Positions 29,101 to 35,808 of a stretch of DNA of 64,000 nucleotides are shown here, in pieces. Source of the stretch: Candidatus Saccharimonadota bacterium (GTDB lineage Bacteria > Patescibacteriota > Saccharimonadia > Saccharimonadales > Saccharimonadaceae); contig WRLL01000002.1 in the NCBI GenBank assembly GCA_009777625.1, positions 563 to 64,562 of the forward strand. The letters are read 5' to 3'. The translations under genes were made by a program, and so were the position numbers. The notes beneath the pieces were generated by a model. The model ran no database searches. It worked only from the letters and a program-made list of their open reading frames with translations, and was not told the origin of the DNA. Each line of letters starts with the position of its first letter. Positions within the stretch are counted from its first letter, which is position 1.

Positions 29101-29491
29101 AGGGCAGCAGCGTTGCTGGTCCACTAAACATCAGTAGTGCGCCAGCAATGCCAAAACCTCCGGCACTGCCAAAGAGTATCTTTTTGGCATGTTTTTTCAT
29201 AAATGTCTTGGCCTTGTCGCCTCTGCCACCACCTTCTTTGCTGCCTTTTTTATCACCACTATAGTCCCAGGGATTGGATGGTGCATCCTGGCGCTCGGCG
29301 TCGGAAACGTTGGATGAATCGGTCGGTGAATTGCCGGCGGCTTGTTCGGCGGCACCCAGTTGGGACCCGATCGAATGGTCAGCGGGGTTGTCATAACCAG
29401 CGGTGGGATTTGAATAGTCAATCTCTGGTTGCTGGGTACGCCCAAGATCTTCTAGAAGCTGGGCGGTATACTCTTTCTTCTTAGCGGCCAT
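26165..29491 (-). CDS. 1108-aa membrane-associated protein with C-terminal M15 (VanY/D,D-carboxypeptidase-type) zinc peptidoglycan peptidase domain
   Basis: The C-terminus carries GWRSNETQTNLY, SQHEGGGAIDF (SxHxxGxAxD) and EPWHWS (ExWH), the VanY/M15B metal-ligand pattern. There is an N-terminal hydrophobic segment (ILFGSAGGFGIAGALLMFSG) and further hydrophobic stretches mid-protein. GGAGG SD upstream. Confidence 0.8.
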   Translation of the reverse strand: MAAKKKEYTAQLLEDLGRTQQPEIDYSNPTAGYDNPADHSIGSQLGAAEQAAGNSPTDSSNVSDAERQDAPSNPWDYSGDKKGSKEGGGRGDKAKTFMKKHAKKILFGSAGGFGIAGALLMFSGPATLLPWLTGAMSGGIMNVQWWPMKNNSGHVWRQSLSGQVCTAVSATCKFKKMPARMVKRLDKAGFKLFDSGGHPISPGSGRQSVHSIQLPDNVKPLNGVMVYDATTIQKAMATDPAVSKAFRKAGYDPKFAGFTDRTFSRVVAKAKASKRPPLPETGDAEEMKSKLRSAVNDGVAPGQSSFRVAPVDPDNQNGTQQIVDQNDRPVLGDDGKPITKSWDDRASLTAQVEEMNRSTSAIASGAEEAASSGKRAVTAAVSGMSESNLQKIAGFVNVTGGTLNYVCGLYNAVRAVGVGIKMVRNIQLIRYAMAFMSAADAMRLGKATPAQGEFLGNTLTTVLRAASDEVIKDTDGTILADIKKGDIVQGAATDGVGMKYVLFGDRMPPSESMMNFMGSLGGSIWGAMLAGINQGASKIGEHNLASDCKKVRSIAFQIADAAIGITINVVVGIFTAGTGNAVLKSGQIAFQQAVKAAIKQQFRQMFNKGLLKNKRFWTNIVGNLGFEAIVAILPGVLTDIAAGVVIDDDTLGEQAGDAWAVGASSMFKEACQAGGCAPLSPQQAVNQANQTRGLALAYAAEERIGANWYDVRNPYTPLGSFAGNMSVHMDGATNSIPAFFAKTYGLIGTAFRGALAGPRASAEEISSDYFKCADLDYEAAGVGCDYLGIPTYGLTTTTDLGQTVAYMEDNNLIDAEGDPVAGTVFSEFIEKCVDRGVPIGTESLEGQADVGDGVRCMQDTDFASGSAGPTIAMAHETLDSRGQLVASTDQVAAINGVSENVVFYNYLIYKRILDSMDEEPNDDGSAGSSLTIATPDNVTQHGRGWTLTPGMDYSSIPCATGTTEFIESYNNREFSIPSLGLSGGVTFKICTVNNTTITVNSLISGNVAQMIDDAWTTAGIRLNGTGWRSNETQTNLYKSRGCPGCSPPVATPGTSQHEGGGAIDFNFGSNKNSDGFKWLAANAARYGLINLDTPPRLAEPWHWSTTGW

Positions 29492-29518
29492 GGTTTACCT
29501 CCACGGTATCTTTAATCA

Positions 29519-32209
29519 TCACCCCCCACCTCCCCCAGGAGCCGGTGGCGCCGGCGGTGCAGGTGGTGGCGCTCCTCCACCCCAACCCCTCAGCGCAGCT
29601 CGTTGACCTTCGTCAAGAGAGAGATTGCGGTTGTCTAGAATGCGTTGTGCGGTGTCTGCCTTCCACTGTGCACCTGTGACGCCGTCTCCCATGTCTGCAT
29701 CGTCCCTTATTGACGTCCCCGCCTGTACTAGCGCTGCGGCATTCTGGGTAGCTATCTCGCTATCGCCCAGGGTGGCCCATACGCCACCGCGGCCTGCTGC
29801 ATCTGTAGCGCCAATGTCTTGTTCTGCGAGTGTCGCGTTGGGGTCTCTAGCCCATGCAGCCACTGAAGCATAGCCACCTTTCACTGCACCATAGTGTTTG
29901 GTCTGGATATCCGACCTTAGATCTGTCGCCACAGCATTCCATCCTCCGGTTCCTTCGACATCTCTCAATGTGTCATGCAATGCCATCACGCCACGTTTAC
30001 CACGGGCCACCATCTGGTTCTGGACTGCCCGGGCTCTGTCGACATTGCCGGTCGCTACAGCCTCTCTCATCTGACGTTCCAAACTCACTATTGGGTCAAT
30101 ATTTGTTCCTCGCTCATGCCCCTTCCCGCTCATGTCCATTTCCAGTTGGCTGGCAACGAGGGCTTCCTGAGCCTTAACAGCTTCAGTCGATCGCTCAAGT
30201 GCCAGTTCATAGCCCTTAGCTTCGCGAGCCTGTCCCGTCTTACCTAGCCTTGCATTTGCTGCCCGGGTGGCTCGTGCCCGCCAACTGTTAGACTGCTCAC
30301 CGCTTTTGTTCAGGCCAGCCCGACGGAAAGCCTGGGTCCTCTGGGCGTTGGCCTGATGTCTTTTCCACATTTGCCCGCCCAATGAACGTTCATGTTCTTC
30401 TTTGGCTTTCGACTTGGTTCGTCCAAATTGGCTGCTCATGCGTCCAGCTGCGAAACCACCGACCATAGCGCCGACCTTGCCAAGGCTATTGAGTGAACCC
30501 TTCAGGATCCATGGTACGGCGAATAGAGGTAGAATTTGGGCGGCTGAGCCAGCCAGCATCAAGGCAAAACCGGTCACATCTATGGTGCCACTACCCTTTG
30601 ACATTAGATCGTTGCCCTGCGCTATAAGGATCTGGCCACCCAGTATTGATGCGCCGTAGATTAGGCCAATGATCGGATAGACCAGCAGGAGCGACGAGAA
30701 GACCTTCCACCACTTCTTGAACAGTGATTGGGTATTAGGCAGTATGGCCATGGCGAAGGCTATTGGTGCGATGACTACCAGCAACACAACAGCCAGCTGG
30801 CGAACAATCAGGATGAGGAGTGTCATTAGCAGTACGAGCAAGACGGCCAGTATGAGCGGGATGAATATACTCAGGCTGGAGAACAGTGCTATACCACCAG
30901 CGATCAGAGCGCCGGATATAATTAGGCCGGTGATGCTGGCAAAGCCACCGCCCGTGGTTGTATTAGGGCCGTCAGGCACCTCGATTGCCGGTACATTGTA
31001 GGCTAAATCGGTGAAGAAGGCTTTCATGCTTGAGCCAAGCAAGTTGCTAATGTCTACTGCTACGGCACAGATCCACCATGACAGGTTTAACAGGATGGCA
31101 AAGATAATTAGTCTAGGCAGGATTTGCTTGACGCTGTAATTACTAAGAGCGCCAAAGCCATTGCCGGTGGCTGTAGAATAGATAATAACAAGGAACAGTA
31201 TGACCAGGAGAATGTTAGCGATCGGTAGAATAGCTGCATAGGCCCCATAGGCTGGGCTGCTGGTGTCAAACATTGTGGGCTGAACCTGCAGGAAGCCTTC
31301 GAGCAGGCTGAACGTGTGGTCGGCTACTTCACCGAGGAAGTCTAGGATTGGGCAGAGGAGCCAGCCTATGCCGGTTATGGCGCAGTCAGAGAGAGAGTTA
31401 ACATCTGCTGGTCTACAGAAAGGAAAGCCATCAGAATCGGCTTCCCACGTGCCGTCGTCAGCCTCGCACGCCGCCCGGCGTTCGGATTCAGGTATACAGC
31501 GGTTCTCAGTATTTATCCACTCACCGCCAGCATTAACACAATTTACCTGATTGGATGTTTCTAAAGTCGTGGTGTCAACTTGCTGTAGGGCCGCACCGAT
31601 GCTGGCGATGCTTGGCGGGTTATCCGTTACGATGTTTTTACCATTTATGCAGCTTTCCATTAACGCTGGACCTGATTTGCCTCTGGTTTCGTCTGCACAT
31701 GTTACGTATGCATTAATGACTCTTGATCGACAGTTTGCGTAGTCCTGTTGCATGCTGGGGCTGCCGCTGCCACCACCATATCTGGAACAATATAAACTGA
31801 TAAGAGGTTGTAGCGCAACGGCTAATTCCGGATCGTATTGTCGTTCGGCCGCCTGTAGTCCCAGAGCGCAGCTTGCCGGGGCATTATCCACAATGCTGCC
31901 AACGAAGCACGAATCGAACGTACTTCCATTGCTGGCGCTTTGATAACCCTTAATGCAATTATCTAGCCATACGTCTTCCTTGTTCTGGAAGGTAAAGCTT
32001 TTTTTTACTTGCTCGCCCGAGAGGAAATCCTTTACTTCCCATTCTACATTACGCGGGAAATTGCTTGAATTGTTCCGAAAGTTGTTACACCAATCGCTAG
32101 CCGCATCAGCATAAGCCGACTGGACGTTAGAAATCATTGGCGCAAATATAGAGACCACCAATCCCAAAATCGCTGGAAATATGAGGGCCCTCTTCCACCA
32201 CTTTTTCAT
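29519..32209 (-). CDS. VirB6/TrbL-like polytopic T4SS membrane protein with Cys-rich N-terminal ectodomain and long charged C-terminal tail
   Basis: Signal/anchor MKKWWKRALIFPAILGLVVSIFAP, then a ~290-aa ectodomain with ~20 Cys, then ~7-8 TM helices, then a ~300-aa Arg/Ala/Gly-rich tail ending PPPAPPAPPAPGGGGG. The start was set at ATG 32209. Confidence 0.65.
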   Translation of the reverse strand: MKKWWKRALIFPAILGLVVSIFAPMISNVQSAYADAASDWCNNFRNNSSNFPRNVEWEVKDFLSGEQVKKSFTFQNKEDVWLDNCIKGYQSASNGSTFDSCFVGSIVDNAPASCALGLQAAERQYDPELAVALQPLISLYCSRYGGGSGSPSMQQDYANCRSRVINAYVTCADETRGKSGPALMESCINGKNIVTDNPPSIASIGAALQQVDTTTLETSNQVNCVNAGGEWINTENRCIPESERRAACEADDGTWEADSDGFPFCRPADVNSLSDCAITGIGWLLCPILDFLGEVADHTFSLLEGFLQVQPTMFDTSSPAYGAYAAILPIANILLVILFLVIIYSTATGNGFGALSNYSVKQILPRLIIFAILLNLSWWICAVAVDISNLLGSSMKAFFTDLAYNVPAIEVPDGPNTTTGGGFASITGLIISGALIAGGIALFSSLSIFIPLILAVLLVLLMTLLILIVRQLAVVLLVVIAPIAFAMAILPNTQSLFKKWWKVFSSLLLVYPIIGLIYGASILGGQILIAQGNDLMSKGSGTIDVTGFALMLAGSAAQILPLFAVPWILKGSLNSLGKVGAMVGGFAAGRMSSQFGRTKSKAKEEHERSLGGQMWKRHQANAQRTQAFRRAGLNKSGEQSNSWRARATRAANARLGKTGQAREAKGYELALERSTEAVKAQEALVASQLEMDMSGKGHERGTNIDPIVSLERQMREAVATGNVDRARAVQNQMVARGKRGVMALHDTLRDVEGTGGWNAVATDLRSDIQTKHYGAVKGGYASVAAWARDPNATLAEQDIGATDAAGRGGVWATLGDSEIATQNAAALVQAGTSIRDDADMGDGVTGAQWKADTAQRILDNRNLSLDEGQRAALRGWGGGAPPPAPPAPPAPGGGGG

Positions 32210-32216
32210 ATATATA

Positions 32217-32245
32217 ATCATAAACGAAATTGCGTTTGAATGCAA
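32217..32245 (-). promoter_or_regulatory. leaderless promoter of the VirB6-like operon (TTGCAT-N17-TATGAT-N7-ATG)
   Basis: On the minus strand, -35 TTGCAT is at 32245-32240 and -10 TATGAT at 32222-32217, with the ATG at 32209. Near-identical to the module at 55737-55765. Confidence 0.6.
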
Positions 32246-32275
32246 CTACTGTCACGGTACAAGAATGATGCGATA

Positions 32276-32284
32276 TGCTACAAT
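32276..32284 (+). promoter_or_regulatory. extended -10 promoter, leaderless (HIT gene)
   Basis: TGcTACAAT at 32276-32284, followed by 6 nt and ATG 32291. No SD. Confidence 0.55.
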
Positions 32285-32290
32285 GTCTAT

Positions 32291-32683
32291 ATGAACGACA
32301 GTATTTTCACCAAAATCATTCGTGGCGAGATTCCGTCACAAAAAATCTACGAGGACGACAAGACCTTTGCTTTTCTGGATATTCGACCAAAACAACCTGG
32401 CCATACGCTGGTCATACCGAAGGCCCAGATCGGCAAAGTTTATGACCTGGACGACACCAACTACCGTGCGCTGTGGGCGTCGGTGCAAAAGGTTGCCCTT
32501 CATATGGAAAAGGTTTTAGGCCGGCGCGTTGCTACTATGATAATCGGCGTTGACATACCAGATCACGCTCACGTTAATCTGATACCATTCGATGGCAGTA
32601 AGGATCTAGATCTGCTGAAAGAACCCGAGGAAGCCAGCGAAGAAGAACTGACAGCGATGGCTGATAGGCTGCGAATATCGTAA
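32291..32683 (+). CDS. HIT-family (histidine triad) nucleotide hydrolase
   Basis: MNDSIFTKIIRGEIPS N-terminus and the HAHVNLIP histidine triad. Confidence 0.9.
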   Translation: MNDSIFTKIIRGEIPSQKIYEDDKTFAFLDIRPKQPGHTLVIPKAQIGKVYDLDDTNYRALWASVQKVALHMEKVLGRRVATMIIGVDIPDHAHVNLIPFDGSKDLDLLKEPEEASEEELTAMADRLRIS

Positions 32684-32703
32684 TTGATCCTTCTGACACA
32701 TAC

Positions 32704-32732
32704 TTGACATAAGCGCAAACCTATGCTAGACT
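32704..32732 (+). promoter_or_regulatory. sigma70-type promoter TTGACA-N17-(TGc)TAGACT
   Basis: TTGACA at 32704-32709 and TAGACT at 32727-32732, with ATG 32743 ten nt downstream. Confidence 0.55.
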
Positions 32733-32742
32733 GATTGCAATT

Positions 32743-33051
32743 ATGTCAAAAAAATATCATAAAAGCAAAACCCTCCCTTCCGCCCATCATAAGATTCTGT
32801 CGACGTTACTTGGCTTGGGCGTAGTCATTGCAACAACGCAGGGGGCGCCCTTTTGTGAACAGAACAAGAGCATCACATCAATTGATTTTACTGCTAAAGT
32901 CATTAAAGATTTGCACACCCACACTGATGCTGGCTTTGCAAAAGACCGCGTGCTGCTGGACCCGCGCAGTCTGCGCAGCGTGCGTTCCGAGGACGACAAG
33001 CTAGCCGAGCTGGATCTGTCGCGCGACGGTTGGAGCGTTTACCGGGTCTGA
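32743..33051 (+). CDS. small hypothetical protein with one hydrophobic segment
   Basis: 102-aa ORF directly behind a good promoter. No homology recognised. Confidence 0.4.
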   Translation: MSKKYHKSKTLPSAHHKILSTLLGLGVVIATTQGAPFCEQNKSITSIDFTAKVIKDLHTHTDAGFAKDRVLLDPRSLRSVRSEDDKLAELDLSRDGWSVYRV

Positions 33052-33114
33052 TTTGCAATTTGATATATAGATGATAAACTTATCCTAATTTAACCTGAAT
33101 GCAAGGAGGGATAA

Positions 33115-34335
33115 GTGAATCGCAAGAAACCGGTTACTAATAAGAAGTCAGCCAAGGCGGTGGCTTCTAAAACTGCCAAAAAACCACGCAAGAAATTAAT
33201 CATAATGCTGTCCAGTATCGGCGGATTTATCATGGTCGTAGCAGCAGCTTTCTTGATTTGGTGGTTTGCTTATTATAATAATGACAAGGCGATTTTGTCG
33301 GGCGCGTTTCATAACCTTTTGACTAGCCAAGAAGGCTCGGCTGATATGAAAATGACTTTCAAGCCCAACGACACTTCTGCTAGCGTCGAGGGATTTTCAT
33401 TCGAAGGCCTATCAATGGAAATGAATATGGTTGGGATTGGCCAGGACGCACAAGCTGATCTGTCTTTGACGCTAGATGTTAATGGGGTCGGTCTGAAACT
33501 AAAGGGCCAGATGTATTTCGAAATGGCTACCTCGACCTATTATTACAGGGTCGATGGCGTGTCGACATTGATTAAGGAAATCGGTAAGAATCCGGCACTG
33601 CTTGGCTCCAGTGATTATTTGAAAGCCATGACACCAGAAGAAATCGCCGACGATGCCCGAATTCAACAAATAGTTGAAGAGGTCGGATCCAAAATTGACG
33701 GCAAGTGGCTCAAATTGAGCGCGATCGATCTGATTGATCAATTCGCACCGCAGCAGATGTCGGGCGAAACCTTCACGTCATATATGAAGTGCATGACAGA
33801 CACGACTAACAAACTGGTGGACAACAAAGCAATGCGCGACAATCTGCTGTACGAAATCACTGACTCGGGCATGCTGACCGCTACGCGCGTTGGCAAAGAC
33901 GCCGATGGTTTGAAGTACGAGCTGACAGCCAACACTGCCAAATCAGGGACTTTTGTCACCAAACTAATGTCAACTGATCTAATGAAAGAAGCCCAATCAT
34001 GCATCACTGATTTCATGGAGACAATCGGTGAGGAAGCCGAGGACCTGGAAACCGAAAGCGAAGCAATCACCGATGGATTAATGGGATCGGATATGTCGCT
34101 CGAAGACGCCGACGTCAAAATTTACTTCTGGGTAGATCGTGGCAGCCGGCAAGCTCAGCGCCTAGAGGCGTTAATTAACATTCCTGGTAATGCGGGCGGT
34201 AATTTCAATTTTGTTATGACCTATGATTATGCCAAGCCTAATAAGTCGATTGCTGCGCCAACTGATAATATAGTTAATTTTATTGACTTGATGAACGATC
34301 TGCAACAGAGTGGATTGATACCAGAGATAAAGTAG
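33115..34335 (+). CDS. membrane-anchored surface protein, paralog A
   Basis: Basic N-terminus, a TM helix, and then shared blocks with the next gene (WWFAYYNNDKAILSGAFHNLLT, KYELTA, VKIYFWVDRGSRQAQRLE). GGAGGG SD before GTG 33115. Confidence 0.7.
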   Translation: MNRKKPVTNKKSAKAVASKTAKKPRKKLIIMLSSIGGFIMVVAAAFLIWWFAYYNNDKAILSGAFHNLLTSQEGSADMKMTFKPNDTSASVEGFSFEGLSMEMNMVGIGQDAQADLSLTLDVNGVGLKLKGQMYFEMATSTYYYRVDGVSTLIKEIGKNPALLGSSDYLKAMTPEEIADDARIQQIVEEVGSKIDGKWLKLSAIDLIDQFAPQQMSGETFTSYMKCMTDTTNKLVDNKAMRDNLLYEITDSGMLTATRVGKDADGLKYELTANTAKSGTFVTKLMSTDLMKEAQSCITDFMETIGEEAEDLETESEAITDGLMGSDMSLEDADVKIYFWVDRGSRQAQRLEALINIPGNAGGNFNFVMTYDYAKPNKSIAAPTDNIVNFIDLMNDLQQSGLIPEIK

Positions 34336-34430
34336 TCGAATGACATCGGGTTTGTCCGGCTTAAGCTTTGCTATTGCTTTTTAACAATCGAAAATGTTAC
34401 ACTTGTCGCTACAAATTATAAGGAGGGACA

Positions 34431-35741
34431 ATGGACGAGAATCCTAAGCAAGCGCCTGTTGATTCAGGGCAAAATCAGCCAGTGACGCCTACGGCGCCGA
34501 GCGCGCCAGAGACGCCGGCAGTACCGGCTTTGTCGGCCGAGCCAGAAACTCAAATGTTCAAATCGGCCAAAAAATCGCGCAAAAAGATGGCGATAATTCT
34601 GTCGATTGTCGGTGTTATCATAGCAGCCGCAGCGGCGGGCGCAGTTTGGTGGTTTGCCTTCTACAACAACGACAAAATGATTTTGAAGGGTGCGTTCGAT
34701 AACCTTCTTACACAACAAAGCGGTACGATCAACATGAACCTGAATGTTGACCCGGGCGAAGCAGCCGGAATGGGCGAGATTTCTGTCAAAGCCAAAGTTG
34801 CTTCGGACGATCAGGGCAACACCAACGCTGATTTTTCGTTCAGCATGGGCGGCGATGCAATGAAGCTTAGCGGTGCGACGTACTTTGCGTCGAATGGTGA
34901 TATTTATGTCAAGGTTGGCGGTCTAGAGCCGCTGGTTAACGTGGCATTGGCGGCGATGGGTGCCGAAGAGGCTGTGGGCGTAGGAGCTGTTCAGCAGCAA
35001 GCTGCGATTGATGCCATCTTTACCCCAATAATTGAAAAAGTTGATGACAAGTGGATCAAAATTAGTGCAGACGATGTCAAATCAGTGGCCGGAGATGTGG
35101 ACACGGCAGCAATTCAAAAGTGTGTGACAGGTGTAACCACTAAGCTAAACGACAACGCTGATTTGCGCAAAAACCTGCTGGAGGCCATGCAGAGCGAAGA
35201 TGTTCTGACCGCCAAGCGCGTTGGCACGGATGCTGACGGCGTGAAATACGAATTGACTATCGACGGCACCAACGCTAACCAGTTTGGCAAGAATTTGGCG
35301 AATACAGACATAGTCAAGCAGACTATGGACTGCCTCAAGAACGCTATGCCGGAAGGAACGCTCGACAACTTTGAGGCCGGGGCCGAAACCGAAGGTAGCA
35401 ATGCTGGAACAGAGGCAAACGATGCCTTGGCTGAGGCCAACGTCAAAATCTACTTCTGGGTAGATCGTGGCAGCCGTGAGGCCCGTAGAATGGAAGTCAC
35501 TGCTCAACCAGTCGACGTAGACGGCGTAAAAAGTGGCAGTGTCAAGTTCTCGATGACCAGCGACAGCAGCAAACCTGACATGCCTGCTGCGCCAACTAAC
35601 GCAACAAGCTTTCAAGATCTGATGAACGATCTGCAGAGCGTTATCATGATGCTGATGATGCAACAGATGAGCGGATTGCAGACAGATGACCTAAGCGCGC
35701 TAGATGGTCTAGAGGAGTTTGAAGGCGCCTTTGGATTCTAG
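34431..35741 (+). CDS. membrane-anchored surface protein, paralog B
   Basis: Same architecture as paralog A (WWFAFYNNDKMILKGAFDNLLT, KYELTI, VKIYFWVDRGSREARRME). AAGGAGGG SD upstream. Confidence 0.7.
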   Translation: MDENPKQAPVDSGQNQPVTPTAPSAPETPAVPALSAEPETQMFKSAKKSRKKMAIILSIVGVIIAAAAAGAVWWFAFYNNDKMILKGAFDNLLTQQSGTINMNLNVDPGEAAGMGEISVKAKVASDDQGNTNADFSFSMGGDAMKLSGATYFASNGDIYVKVGGLEPLVNVALAAMGAEEAVGVGAVQQQAAIDAIFTPIIEKVDDKWIKISADDVKSVAGDVDTAAIQKCVTGVTTKLNDNADLRKNLLEAMQSEDVLTAKRVGTDADGVKYELTIDGTNANQFGKNLANTDIVKQTMDCLKNAMPEGTLDNFEAGAETEGSNAGTEANDALAEANVKIYFWVDRGSREARRMEVTAQPVDVDGVKSGSVKFSMTSDSSKPDMPAAPTNATSFQDLMNDLQSVIMMLMMQQMSGLQTDDLSALDGLEEFEGAFGF

Positions 35742-35750
35742 TTATTCGAT

Positions 35751-35786
35751 AAAAAAGCGCGCTGCGATTTCACAGCGCGCTTTTTG
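35751..35786. terminator. bidirectional rho-independent terminator
   Basis: AAAAA-AGCGCGCTG-cgatttca-CAGCGCGCT-TTTT, between convergent genes. Confidence 0.8.
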
Positions 35787-35808
35787 GTTGGTTCGGTCTT
35801 TACTATTT

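Noticed and set aside
23363-32209. Whether the T4SS-like region between groES and the HIT gene is an integrated conjugative element or genomic island.
   Set aside because: No integrase, relaxase, VirD4, flanking direct repeats or adjacent tRNA are visible. The promoter style (leaderless, extended -10) matches the rest of the chromosome. A horizontal origin cannot be excluded without composition and phylogeny analysis, but an active ICE is not supported.
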